From NCBI GenBank assembly GCA_965235115.1, contig OZ249440.1, positions 34,226,001 to 34,290,000 on the forward strand: a stretch of DNA of 64,000 nt, written 5' to 3'. Both the position numbers and the translations under genes were made by a program. This DNA comes from Laetmonice hystrix (taxonomy: Eukaryota). Below, piece by piece: positions 50,200 through 63,730 of the stretch. The notes under the pieces were generated by a model. The model ran no database searches, was not told where the DNA came from, and saw only the letters and a program-made list of their open reading frames with translations. Position 1 is the first letter of the stretch. Each line of letters begins with the position of its first letter.

Positions 50200-53080
50200 G
50201 TTGTCTTCTCACGTCCCGCCTCTCCGGAGCCTGGGCCCCGAATCCGGGGCTGGCCTTTGCTTTGGGTTCTGCTTGGCTCGGTCAGATGGCGCGTTGAAAA
50301 AAGGGTACTCCGGGCGTCGCTGTTTGTAGGCCCGTACCTTGTCGTCCTGGAGCTTGCTCCAGTCAACATTGTATCCTCCTGCCATCTTCTTAATGTCCAG
50401 GTCAAAGTCGGGGGTGGTTGAAGAAGGGGATGCTCGAGGTTTGTTACCCAGAATAGCCTGGGTCCCCGAGTTGAGGGCGTCCATGGATGTCGTGATTGTG
50501 GCTGTGAATGCCTGGAGGGCTGACGACATTTCCTTAACGGCGTGCCTGAGCTGAGCGTTGCCCATCTGGTTGGTTGCGGAGGGTTTCAGCTCCTTTAATG
50601 TTTCAACCACATCAGTGAGTTGGTGGTTGTTGGCAATCATCTGGTGGGTGACTGGACCAGTTGGTTGAGATCCGCTGGGGCACTTGGTAGCTCTTTCCCA
50701 CCCACCCGTCGTAATCCGGTACAAAATCCTTCTCTGAAACCTGAGGACTTTTGTATACGGTCCCGGTGGCCTTGATAAATGCCTCACTGGATGAGACGGA
50801 CAAGGAACCTCTCGAGGGGCAAGGGGATCGTCCGTGGGGCTGCTTGTGTTCTTTCTCTGTCACCCCATCTTCATCACTTTTCCTCTACGACGGTCACTCT
50901 GGTACCAGGGTGGCTTCAGGGGGGGGGGGGGGTTGACTCCGGGTGGCTGGTTGGGTTACGCTGCGTCCTCTTTAGTACCTCGACGGCCTGCCTCTCTGCT
51001 TCAATCTGCTCGTTGAGGCGTTGTAGCAAGTCTGCAGCCTCCGTCACCTTTGCCGTACAGATTCTGGTGGGCCCCGAGGGTTCAGCTGCTGGTGGTCCCG
51101 TACTTGGTGGTTCTGTCGTGGGTATCTCTGTGGTTGCTGGTGCTGCCATTGGTAGTTCAGCGCTTAGTGGTTCTGCAGTGGGTGGTTCGGGCAGTCTGGA
51201 GGGCTCTGTGACTGGTGTGTCACCTCGTTGCTTCCAGACTTCTTTGCTTTCCTCCGATGACAACTCTCTCAGCCAAGGGCTCATCTTGATGCCTGGTGTA
51301 TAGGCGATGTCTTCACGGCCCCCTTTAACTTTGTTGAGGTGGCGCTTCTGTTTCTGGTGGGTGCTAATTTGTTTCTCTGATGCTGCTCGGAAACCACAAG
51401 GTTTGCAGAGGTACGGGGCAGCTGTAGCGTGGCGCTTCGCATAGTGCTCCTTCCCGTAGGATCACTCCCCAACCCAGTCACACTCAGAACATCGATAGGC
51501 ACGGCCAAGTAGTCCATGTTGCCATAGTTGCGAAGGACTACGCATTGGCCGACGTAGTTATCTTGAAGCATGAACGTTTTACCTCATTACGGTACCAGAC
51601 TAGATTCCCAGTTTGATATTTGTGCATGTGTGAGTGGGAATCATAGCGTTCTTTTTGTTTCTCTGTTGAAGTCTTTAGTTGTTGTCTAGTTACCTGGTGT
51701 GCGGTATACAGCCTCTCCCTTAACTTTTTGATGTATTCTGCACAACTTGATGGAGAATTGTTCCGTTCTGGAAAAGTGACCTCCCCAGGGAGTCGGACTT
51801 CCCTTCCTAGCATCAGGAAATTTGGAGTGAATCCTGTCGCCTCATGCTTCAATTCACAGTAAGCAGCACCCAGACAGTCCAAATGAACATCCCAATCTCG
51901 CTGTCCTCCTTTTAGGTATGCTTTAATCATTTGGATCATTGTCCGATTAAACCATTCTGTTTGTCCATTGCACTGAGGTCTCCTTGGTGAAGTCCTGTCT
52001 TCCGAATCTCAAGCAGTTTACAAAGCTCTTCAATCAGCTTCCCCTCATAATTTCTCCCTTGGTCACTATGTAGCGTTAAGGTGCACCCAAGTCTGCTGAT
52101 AAACACATCCACTAGAGGTTCTGCACAGGTTGCAGCAGTCTGGTCCGGTATGGCCTGAATTTCCACCCATTTTGTAAACGCATCGGTTATGACCTGAATA
52201 TACTGGTTACCCTTGTGACTCAAAGGTAAGGGCCCCATTATGTCGATGCCTAGTCTATCCATTGGTGCTCCAGTTCGCATATCACCCATAGGTGCCAAGA
52301 ATTTCCGAGCTGGCGGCATGTTAGATGTGCAGGTGTCGCACTTTTTGACCCAAACTTTGACGTCATCACGTAAATTAAACCAGTAGTGTTTCTGAAGAAT
52401 TTTTTCTTTTTTCTTTGTCCCTAGAGGTCCACCAAACACCAAGTTGTGCATGTGATCCACCAATTCCACCAAGGTACTATCTCCACCTTTGTAAGCAGGA
52501 GTTCTCTTATATAGGAGTCCATTCTGAAGTTCAAGGCAATGCCAGTAATTCCAATAATGCCTGACCTCAGGGCTTGCGGCTGCTACTTCTGTTCCAGGTG
52601 GCCTGACCCCTGTGGTTTTCGAGATTAACAGTTGACTTATCTCAGGATCCTGTTGTTGTTTCTTGTGGAGATCAGCTGGAGTGTATTTTTGAAAGGGAAA
52701 AGACTGGGCTCTGGTGATCCAGTACATGTCCCACATCTCAGTGATTCTGTATTGCTTTCATCTGAACATTTGCAGTCTTGGGGGTTAGGACACCTTAACA
52801 GTCCATCAGCGTTTCCATGTCGTTTCCCAGGCCGATACTCAATGGTAAAGTGGTAAGCAGCAAGTATTTCTATCCATCTCGCAATCCTTCCCTTGGGTTC
52901 CTTGAGGTTGAAGGCCACTTCAAGGCCTGATGGTCCGTCCTGATTTGAAATGTACGCCCAAGTAGGTAATGCCCGAAATATTCCACAAAGTATCTCACTG
53001 CTAGAAGCTCTTTGTCCGAAACACAGTAATTGCGTTCAGCGCGGTTTAAGGATCGGCTGGCATATGCTACGACACGTTTA
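50200..53080 (-). mobile_element. Gypsy LTR retrotransposon 3' half (RNase H, integrase, downstream ORF), decayed
   Basis: VVAYASRSLNRAERNY...ELLAV, RTDHQALKW, IEYRPGKRHGNADGL, integrase zinc-finger remnant (H...CDTC), RLGIDIMGPL, LHSDQGRNYE and HEATGFTPNFLMLGRE. Confidence 0.92.
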
Positions 53081-53810
53081 AAGTGGGGGGGGGGCAATCT
53101 TGGTGATCTTTTCCCCCCAGATTTATGTACCATAAGAATTGCAAAATAACAGTGTATTCACCCCCGGAGGCGGATCCAGGATTTTCTTTGCAGGGGGGGG
53201 GGGGGGGTCAGAGGGTGCCCGCGCCAAGGGGGGCAGGCTCCGACTGAAAATGTTTGGGCCATAGATGTTATTTCCCGGCTTCTCAGCATCAAAGTAAAGA
53301 GCTTTCGGTGCCGACCTTTTGCCCCTCTTAGATCTTCCTTTTTTGTATGAAGATGTATTACTACAGTTACATTGAAATCATGCCGAGCGTAGCGGGGCTA
53401 ACATTTTTTTAGGTGGGCCCCACCTGGCCCTTGACATCACAAGACACAGTCTCAAGCAATATCAGAAGCAAAAACAGTTAACGATTAAGCCTAAAGCACA
53501 CTTTTACCAAATAAAATAGAGACCGTCCCCATCCTACTTGCCACTCTCTATTCTACCACACTAGGCCTAGTAAAAAATTGGTAAACCTCACTCATTAATA
53601 ATAAATGAATACATTCACGCATGAGGTCTTTTTCTTCAAAATCAAATAGGAAGGCCCAACTTGGGGGTGAAAAATGTTGACGGCCTCAGGCCTAACGCTG
53701 TCAGACAATAATTAAAGCGTGGCCTATAGATTTTCTACCTGAATATTATAATATTATAGACCTGAATATTCAGGTCTAGGCAGGCCTATTAAGCTAAACA
53801 AGAGACGGTA

Positions 53811-54120
53811 CAGGGGCGGATCCAGCTTTTTCAAGTAGGGGGATCCAACGTTTTTAGGGGCGCAACCGGAGTGACTGTATGAGCACCGAAGGCACAAAGC
53901 CTTGCTAAGGGGTCCGGGGGCATAAGGTGTAGGCCTAATTTAGTGAAATCTGATGCATTTTGGAGCACAAAATAAGCTATTTAAAGACCAATGATATCAA
54001 AAGTCTTATGTAGCCCTACAATGCCGTGAGGCGCCATTAACGGCAGGAGGGGCGCCATGAAACTTTAGGGGGGGGGGGGGTCCAGACCCTATGTGACCCC
54101 CTCCCCTGGATCCGCCAGTG
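53811..54120. mobile_element. MITE with GGCGGATCC-type TIR and degenerate 5-bp TSD
   Basis: cggta|caggggcggatccag...ctggatccgccagtg|tggta. Confidence 0.75.
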
Positions 54121-55332
54121 TGGTAGTACTGAGGTACACAGGGAAGCTGCAGGGGGCCTAGGCCGCGGTTCGGCCCATATTAATTATAGAAGAGCAAAGC
54201 ATAGACCTATCTTCTAAACACATAGGCCTAGGCCTATATTATAGGCGAAAGCCAAGATTAAAAATGATCAAAATCTATTTTAAATTTGCCTCCCATGGGC
54301 TATTGACCTTAAAAAGCAGGCATAGCCATAAGGAGTATAAGAAGACCTGTAGATCTATTAGGCCTAGCTTCAACTTCAAGGAGTCTTTGACCTTTTTAGG
54401 TCGCCAAAAAAAGTGGGGGGGGGGGGAAATGTCCCCGTCCCCCCCCCCCCAGGCAGCGGCGCCCCTGTAATGCATATAACCTACCCAGCTTCGAACTTTC
54501 TGAGTAGGGCAGTCAGGGCGGATTCAGGAATTTGGGGAAGTGGGGAGAGGGGTCTAAAAAAATTGAAGATTAAAGTGCCAAATAGGCGTTTCCCCGGCAT
54601 CTGGGACCGAAATGCAAGGTGTTATCTTAATTAGGCCGAGGTCCTATAGCCGAAAACACTTTTTTAAAATGAACAGGGGCGTGAGCTGCCACCCCCTCCC
54701 CCCATATCCGCCTGTGGCAATGCGCCAGGTAAAAATCTGTTGAAGACGTTTTTGCAAGTAATAGAACATGCAAGCAGCATTTATGCATTTATTTATATGA
54801 GAATCAGTGGCCAATCCAGTGGGTGGTGAAGGCGTTGCAAGCGACCCCCCCCCCCCCATGACGTAATCTTTCTTTTTTTCCGCTTGAAAGGTTCAAACCA
54901 AGCATACACCCATTCTTGGCACTCACACCCCCCCCCCTCCCATTTGGCGCCAACCTGGATCCCTCCCTGCATGGGAATACTATACAAATGTAATGGACAA
55001 GATATTTTTATTTATTTTTTTTAATTTTATTTTATTTATTTTTTATTGATCCTTTTATACTGGACCTAGTAGAAAGCCCTACAGCTTGTTCTCCCACTAG
55101 GAGCAGTTTTGGAATGCATATGGGCATGAAATAATCAACACTATTATAAGAAAAAGGAACTTTTCATATCGTAATGGTGATACCAAGTGTGTGGTTGAAA
55201 TAATGAAATGGGATGATAGTTAAAACCTAGGATACAAGTAATTTGTACTCCTTACCTATATACGTCACTAGGGTGCACCTATGATACAGGACAAATGTCA
55301 TATTAGAATTGTTTATATAGCTCTGTTTTTAA

Positions 55333-55709
55333 CCCATTAAGGACGGGTGATGCCTTGAGGCATTCCCGGGCGGGGGCCGGATGATGCCCTGAGGCATTCC
55401 CGGGCGGGGGCGGACGATGCCTTGAGGCATCATTTGACTTACGTCAGAGCCCATTGTGTATAGAGCGACAGGGCAGCGCTGTGACGTAACGTCACAATTG
55501 AGTGCTAGCTGCGCTGGACCTAGACCAACTCTGGACTCAAATCCCTACTTTTGTCTGAAAGATCTGGGGATGACCGTGATTGGAAGCATGAAAGGCAATC
55601 CGTTATCACATGTGGCCGCCCAGAATGGCCCGTCCTTACGGCACATTCACGCAATTGTTACGTTGTCACTAGTGCACGTCTTGGCCACAAGGGGCCCGTC
55701 TCGAAAGGG
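55333..55709. mobile_element. piggyBac-like MITE
   Basis: ttaa|cccattaaggacggg...cccgtctcgaaaggg|ttaa; internal tandem gatgccttgaggcat palindromes. Confidence 0.65.
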
Positions 55710-56039
55710 TTAAGAGCTTTTTGAATATATCGGGTGTCCCAGAAAAAGTGAACCGCTTTTTGACAAGTATTTTCTCAGTAATAGGTAAACCGAATTCATT
55801 GAAAATTTTCACACAGTAACCTTAGGGTATTATCAACAAGTCTGCAAAATATCTAAAAGATCTGACATAACTTATGCGAGTATTGTCAAATTCAAAACAG
55901 CATGTCAAAAAATCCAATATCAAAGGAAAACCCTTATTTCAGTTTATGCTCAATGTGGCCTCCATCTTCCAAGCTAGTGGTAAACATAGTACCGTGATCT
56001 ACTAGTGGGGGTAACATTGTTTTTAAGACTATTAGCGCA

Positions 56040-58210
56040 GTACATACACATGCTCCTCATGAGGAGGTGTCCTGATTGGGATGCGAGTTCCATCGATGCA
56101 CGCGACGACATGTGGCATATGGGCGACTGTTGAATTCTTCTGCTTTTTCAGCATACTCTTGCCTTAAAACAAATAAATATTGAGTAACTTTCGAAAACAT
56201 ATGACTATCATATTTTTCTACTGATATAGGATGTTATGGTGAATTCATATTCACACTTTTCATTACCCAAACCCAGGCATTCCATATTCTGTACACAGGT
56301 GTAGCAAAACGCTACTTTGCCTTCTTATTCTCCCCCTTATTAAATATCATTTTACTTTAATTATTAAGGGCTATTCCAATCCTCTGCGGAAATTATCTCA
56401 AAAAGCACATAAATTACTGGTAGACTGGCTATTTCTCTATTTTAAACCGTTTTGGTATAATCCCAATAATTAATGCCAGTCTGCCATTCTCGATTAACAT
56501 CCACCCCCGCACATGCGCAGTCCACGTGATGACCCGTGTGGGCTGGTGGGGTATAGATCTATAATATAGATCTTTGTTGTTTCAGTATTATATATATATT
56601 ATAGAGTGGGGTATATTTTACCACGGGGTTGGAGATTTCTTCACTTTTCACTCTGGACTTCACCCCCCTTCAACTTCAAGGCAGAGGGATAACAGTTTTG
56701 TTTAGCTATATCTCAGAACAACAGATTAGATATTAGACATTACAGATTGATAATTGTGAAGAATGTACCTTGTGGGCCACCTGATGAAGTTCCTTGCCTG
56801 AGATGCAATTAGTTTTGTTACCACTTGTACTGATCTTGAAACAGAAGACTTTGCACAGGCATGCGTGTCCGCTATGTCCTGAAACATGGACCCTGAGGCC
56901 AAGAATCTGAGGGCAATACACACCTGTAACAAATGGGAAAAGATGTTTGTTATTGTCTGGCCAATATTAATCAAGTGAGGTCTCAGTTTTAGAAAAAAAT
57001 TAATCTATGTATAGATGTGCAACATCCTTCAATGTACTATGTCTCCCATTGACCCCTCTGGATCCACATCTCGGCCTGGTCGTTTACCTTCATGCAAACC
57101 GTACAGGCCTACTTGATTTTGGATGGGGGTTTACAGACACCCTGGACCCCCCCCCCCCCTCCCTCCCCATACGGCCCGGTGGCTGTGGCCAAATTTCGGG
57201 GGGATGCTCAGCCTTGTGGCCCATAGAAATGTTCAACGGTCGACGGGGAAACTTAGCCTCCATTTAATCATTTTAAATTCTCATCAATACAGATTGCTAT
57301 AGGCTGCTAGTAAAACGCATTTTCTCAAGTTACTTTCTCTATTTTTAGGCAAAAGACTGGTGCATGTTGGCAGTAGGCCATACCTGTCAGTTGGTCGCAA
57401 TTTGCTTTTTATTTTTATTTTGAAACACGACCTATAGGCACCTCATATTTTACAGATAATTCAGACCTGTCTATATTCGACTAATTACCAAAATAAGGCC
57501 AAATAAAAAAAATGGAGTGGCAGCGTGGCTGTAGGAAGAAGACACCCATGGTATTCATGGTCAGACGGCAGGTTAGGAAGAATATGAAAACTATCAAGCT
57601 ACAATTTGAAAAAAAACATGAAAATTCTATTTAAATCTTTGTTCAAGTAAAAGTTAAAGTTTTGCACATGTTCCACACAGACGACACTTCAAAACATGAG
57701 GCTTAGGCCTATTTTAAATTTCATAGGTCGTTAATGGGATTACAAAGCGCATTAACGTGTTAGGCCTATTTACTGTTTACTGTTCTTAGGCGGGAAGACA
57801 TTATTTTGACAGTTTTTACACTTTATTTTGTTTGTTTTTAAATAACAAATTAAAAACTATTCCAGGACCCACACTCAGACTACACTCTGCCCGCACTGAC
57901 AGAACGCCAGCTTGCATGTCAGGTGGGTGTCTCCATCTAGCGTTATGAATGTGTTTTACGTTTCAAAGCGCCATCTCTTGATCGACTAGGGTTCCATAGA
58001 TGTTTAAAACGGGTTCAGGAAGTTTTACGTCGTTGGAAATACGTCTATGCTACTTTTTAAGGCCAAGTTCCAACTTACTTTCTGGATGCTGCTAAGGTCG
58101 GAGGAACGACGTAACCAGAGTGTTCCCCACCTGCTGTTGTCAAGGTCATTCGCGAGTTGCAAAGCAACGTCTGTTGAAACCCGGTACCTCTGGCAAAACC
58201 TGGCTTTTCG
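56040..58210 (-). pseudogene. Intron-containing Harbinger/HARBI1-like nuclease, three exons (about 58210-58079, 56923-56769, 56162-56040), truncated
   Basis: FCQRYRVS...SSIQK|VCIALRFLASGSMFQDIAD...SSVSRSV...FIRWPTR|QEY...MPHVVACIDGTRIPI; GT-AG junctions in phase; frameshift in exon 3. Confidence 0.8.
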
Positions 58211-58419
58211 AGCAGACCACAAACATTCGCTATTTCCGCCATGATGACAAAGGAACAACTGAGTCTGGACGATAGGGTTGGCATTGTCTTTATTTCTCGT
58301 CTGTTCTACGACATTGTCGTACAAATTTAACACACGACACGGGATGTGGAACACCTTTGTTATTAGTTGACTGTTAACTTAATGACAAACTTACACGACA
58401 AGGGGTTGAGGAACCCACC

Positions 58420-59270
58420 CATGTCATGATTCCGTAAAGCATAAGATATGCACTTCCTGACTTGAGCCGTGTATGTCTGACCTTTTTTGGTTATCACTTG
58501 CCCTTCATTATCATTTGACCTGTAGCCATCGAGTTCTACGTGCAGTTTTTCAATGGCGCTCTCCGGGGCTTCAACTTTACCACACAGGTCGTCATGAGCC
58601 TGGCTCATCCGGTTAGCTACCTTTCTGAGTTTCTCGATTTTTAACTTTAACTTTCTGTTGGCTGACACATAGTTGGACTGATTAGCTCCTCTTTTTAGCT
58701 TCTTCCGTTCCAAGTTTTTTGGTTTGATGCAAGCATTTTTGCATTTTATTTTTTTGGGGTTTACACGTTTTCGGCACAACTCCACAAGCCAGCAATTTTC
58801 CGTTTGAGTCTGAAATTTCCATCTTTAATTTTCTGCCCCACGCTGACCTCTCGTCATACAACCTGGGAATATAAAGAGGCACATGCATCACATTCACTAC
58901 ATTTGAGGGACCTGACATCCTTTGGAGTTGAGGCCTGATGATCCTGACTGGTCTAGCTCAGGGTTAGAAAACTGAACTCCTGACAAATATTGGTGCACTT
59001 TACCAGCATTTCTTTTTCTGTACGAATTGACCTTGTTTACAATTCTGGTAATAGACTGCTTGACAGAATCATTTGAAAAATCAAGGCTTGGTCTGACACT
59101 ATTCAAAAAGGAAACCGTGCCCAGCAAATCTTTGTTACTGTGAAGATACACAGACAAGAGTAACAATCAGGTCATGATAAGGTTCGTTGGGGAAGAGGTT
59201 ACTGATGTATCTCTCTACAGCTGTGGGGTCAGAGCACTCCACGTATTCCTACATTGTGATAACCTGAAAA
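58420..59270 (-). pseudogene. Degenerate coiled-coil ORF, probably the N-terminus of an unclassified DNA transposase
   Basis: Overlapping frameshifted ORFs; a coiled-coil followed by TKKGQTYTAQVRKCISYAL. No catalytic motif is visible. Confidence 0.4.
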
Positions 59271-61414
59271 ATATAAACACTACATGTACATCTGCAAAAA
59301 CATTCAGATCTAGTAATTAAGAGAATTAAATTTATTAATTTGATAGGTCTAGTAATTAAAGATAAGTTTCCCCCATTACATGTTGTTAGCAGATTTCTTC
59401 ATAAAGTTCAATTGAATAAAGAAAATATTAACTTAGTCTTCGCCTTTTCTAGTCTATCCAAGGTTACATTATCAAGAATGAATGAGTGTATTTAAGATAT
59501 ATAAATCTTAGACTTTCACAGCTATGTGTAGATGGTATAAATGTTTTTTTTTTGCTTCTAGATACGTGTAAAAGAGGTTGCTTTAAATTTGTTAGTAGAA
59601 AGGTAACAAGTGAGAAATCCTACCTTTGGTCCCGTTTGGTCCATGTCCTTAGCGACAAAGGTCGCAAAAACCCAATTCACTACTTGTCAAAAAATCAAGT
59701 GACATAAAAACAAATTTCAATGTTGGGGGGGGGGGGGGGGGGGTCAGCGGTCCTTATGGTTTTTGGAAGCCTACCTAAACCTAGGTTGCTGTGGGGAGAT
59801 CATTTTTTTCCATTATTTCATTTTGGAATTTTACTACATCAGGGGGAAATGGGGTTTCAAGAAGTGTATGCTTCTCATAGTGAGAAAATGGGGCATGCCC
59901 CCTCCCCGGAAAATTTTTCAATAATAGACATTAAAATGTGCATTTTCCAAGAATTGCAGAGAATGTAGCTAAGTATATAATTATAAATATAAGAATTAAG
60001 GACTTTTTAGAATTAAGGATTTTTCTAGTTTCTACTATTAGTAGAGGGGAAATGGTTGTAGTAACTTGTGGTTAAGTGGGGATAGTAAGTTAGCACTTAT
60101 CCTAAAACTGTATACAGTTCTATGGGCCTATAAAACAAGGATTTACTTGTCAATGTCAGTGTTATGGCAGGCATGCAATCAGGTGGAGGGGCAGGCGGAG
60201 AGTTAACTTATAGTTATATAGGCCTCAAGACAGTAGAGGGAACACCGATTTTAGTAATATAGAGTGTTTAATGATCAACAAGTCACAACAAGAACACGCA
60301 CAAGCTGACTATATTAGTCGGAGGCCTTGGAATGGAGCCGGGGGTCCACTCTCAAAGGCGAAGCGTGCACACATCCACACTGACAACGGAGAGGAGAGAG
60401 CCCACCCCTTGCTTTGTTTCTGACTCGATGTCCTTGGGGCAAAGGGGATGTCGACAAACCATGCATCCATTGCCAAGATGGTGGGACAAGAGGTCCTGTA
60501 GGCCTACTTCTCTCATGTAAACATAAGCGCGTGGACACCTATTATCGTTCAAACACGGTGGAAAATTCAGTCGGGACGGGTTACAATGGTAGTTCACATC
60601 TGGGTAAAGTCACACTAAAGGAGGCCAAAGGCGTTACATGGAGCCGAATTTTCAAACCTTTCCTTTTCTTCAAATTATAAATATTAATATTTCACTAGGG
60701 TCCCTAGTTTGTAACTGCAGAGTGTCAACAAATTCCTTCCATTATAATATTCACAAATTGACATTCTTTGTGACCATGTCTGATTGGTAACGTATGTGAT
60801 GCAAACATGTTGACATATATTCTTTCATGCAAAATATTGATAAATTACAAAAGTACATAGCACTTCCACAAGAATATCATAGAACGGGTTAAATAAACAA
60901 ATGGATGCCTATATTCGGTAATAAAAAAAGGAACTAATGCATATTGACACCTTGTCGGTCAGACACCCCTCGTTTCCAAGTGTCAAAGTTTTTTGGCATA
61001 AAAGAAATCAAAGTTAAACCATTTTTAAGTATTTAAGGGCATAATGTATCTGATATAAAACATTTTTACTTAAAAAACGCAAGATAAAATGTGGCAATAG
61101 ACATATTATACACATATTTCAAATGTGACATAACCTTTGACAATGTAACGTACGTAACTTCCACGTTACATGATTATTGACAGTGTTAAATTCCACCACA
61201 GCATATTACTCTGCATGGCTTTTAGTTGTGTCTACTTCCTTTCCCTCTTTATGTGAGCCCTTTGGCAGTGCCCCAAGTAAATTCCTGGCGTGTTTTGTGC
61301 ATGTGCTTGTACCAAAAGAAAACCTCTTACTGGTGTTGGATTGCCTTTGCTTACTGAATCATTTCCCAGCATTGGACAGTGCATGTGCTGTCTAGTTGTC
61401 TTGTGGTAGTAGAG

Positions 61415-61806
61415 CAGGGTTGCCAACATTGAATCACGAAAAAACCTAAGATCTTGGATGAAAAACCAGAAGATTTAGTAATTTCCCAGACAATCTTTCT
61501 TTTTGAAGAAAACCATTAAAATTACTCACAAAATGACTCACCAAATTACTCACAAATTAAAAATGTAAATTCACAAAATTACTCACAAATTAAAATTACT
61601 CACAAACTTACTCCCAAATTACTTATCAGCCTGTAAGTCAACTTAGCACCTTATATAGCGGTCATTTACGACCACAATTTCGCCTATCCAATAGACATTT
61701 ATCGCAAATAAGATGACCACTTCATTTTCGGATTTTTCTGGAAGATTTTGTTACTGGCCGGAAAACCGTAGACCACTCTCTGAAACTTGACATGTTGGCA
61801 ACCCTG
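61415..61806. mobile_element. hAT-like MITE with 6-bp TSD
   Basis: gtagag|cagggttgccaacat...atgttggcaaccctg|gtagag; internal aaattactcaca repeats. Confidence 0.85.
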
Positions 61807-61921
61807 GTAGAGTAGTATATGACTGACTAATGTAGGTGTGCGTTCGAATTGCACTGGATTTCCTGTTCTTGCACTTGTAAAAATCCAGCTTTGGCTAGGC
61901 TACATCTAGATGGGATTAACA

Positions 61922-62380
61922 GTTACCCCATGTTTGCTTACGTAGTACGGATTATAACCTAGCCTTGGTTGGCCATACCACATGAGGGCGAAGCCCGAAT
62001 GTGGTATGGCCAACCAAGGCTAGGTTATACTCCGTACTACGTAAAAGCAAACATGGGGCAACGATTTTATCACAGTTCCAGTCCTCACATTAGATTAGAT
62101 GTAGTCAATAAATTCGGCAAAACGCCTTTTTGAAGTTTTGCAGTCATTACACTGTGGCCACAGGCACCATGTCTGCTATAATTGTGACGTCACAGTATCG
62201 GCGCTGCAGCCAAAACGGTAGGATAGAAAAATGACCTGTTTGACCGGCAGATGGCGCGACGACTACTACTATAGGATGGCCCATCCTACCCGTTTGGTGC
62301 GATGTTACCGAGTACGGCTTCATATCGCGTGGGCCTGGACCAATCAGAAAGCGGCATTATTACTGGAACTGTGATAATAT
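61922..62380. mobile_element. Element with two adjacent inverted-repeat pairs (Crypton-like non-autonomous structure)
   Basis: Hairpin 61922-62063 around gagggcgaagcccga; second pair ttatcacagttccagt (62068) and actggaactgtgataa (about 62362). Confidence 0.6.
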
Positions 62381-62420
62381 ATTATACTCCTGCCCATGAC
62401 CGCTTAACAGCACACTAATA

Positions 62421-62802
62421 CAGGGTTCGTACACTTCCAGTAGATCAAAATTTCATTACTTTTTCATGACTTTAAAGGACCTTTTTTCCATTACCTTATT
62501 TAACTACTTTTTGATAAGTCACTGCTTCCAAGTCCAGGCAGTTAAGGTAAGGGATCATCCACGATCTTTAACACGTGCAAAAATGATACAAAAATACTCT
62601 GAGAACTGAAAAACGTTCTTCAAATTAGCGATGGAAATGCAAAAGTTGAAGGACTTTTTCTTTTAAATATAGACAATCAAATTTCATGACCTTTTCATGA
62701 CTTTTTGAACATTTTCGGAAATTTCATGACTTTTTAAGTACTTAAATTATATAATTCAAATATCATGACTTTTTTAGGATTTTTAAGGACGTACGAACCC
62801 TG
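62421..62802. mobile_element. MITE with CAG-starting TIR and 5-bp TSD
   Basis: taata|cagggttcgtac...gtacgaaccctg|taata; internal ttcatgactttt repeats. Confidence 0.88.
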
Positions 62803-63290
62803 TAATACTTTGGGTGTATACAAGTTAACAACCATCTCTCTCAGTAATGGTAGTATTTACCCACTTTCTAATCTTTAAAGGTAGCTTTCACAGGCTCTGT
62901 TACGTATGACATGTCACACACATTTGCTCTCTCCAAAATTTGGGCCTGATTCCAATAGAATGGAAAGAACAAGTTTAAATTGCCCACTGAAAATAAGGAA
63001 GGTCTTCATTTTCTTGTCACAGCCATTTTAATTACATGTATAAGGACTTTCCATGCTTTTCCAGATGCCATAAATATAAGGACTTTTCAACTAATTCCAT
63101 GTCCCATACAAAGCCTGAAAAATCTTTTTTAATCAATCATTATATAAATGTCCAAAGGAATCACCACAGTTTGGCGGAAACTGTGAAAATCATACTGCAA
63201 GTGCAGGCCCCTATCCAAGAAAACACAAAGCTAGAAACTTTATAATAAAAAATGTTATTTTCAAGATTGAAGTAAGCCTGGTCCCTCGTC

Positions 63291-63730
63291 TAAGGCCATC
63301 TGCAAAGATAAAAATTATATTCTTTAAAAATTGTATGTACATTCCAAGTTCATTTTTTTACATCTGCGAAGGACATGTGAACGATCCTGGCTCATTTACA
63401 AAGCTAGGACTTTATAACCTACGTTATCATTTACTTTGCCGGAATCTGATCCTATTTTAATCAAGCAGGATGTAAGTACGGTAAGATTATTTTGTTTGAT
63501 ATACATGCTGTGTCAAAAAAGAGAGAAATCTTTAAAACATAATTTTACCAAGTACCCTGGCCCATTTTGTCAGTAAGATGCCTTACCTATAGTAAATCCT
63601 AGAACCTTTAAGTTCCATTTCTGGTGGGCATACCTCCTCCATCTCCTCCACCTTCTGCTGGCCCATGGCGAATTTAGTTTCCTCTAGGGTGTACCTCTGC
63701 CTCGCACCCTTGTAATACTGCACCCAATAT
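63291..63730 (-). CDS. Possible last exons of a spliced gene or transposase extending beyond the window; function unknown
   Basis: ccag|GTGGCGATG...TATAG|gtaagg exon (VAMEDSEYWVQYYK...GSRIYYR), then tttgcag|ATGGCCTTAG giving R-W-P-stop. Confidence 0.4.
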
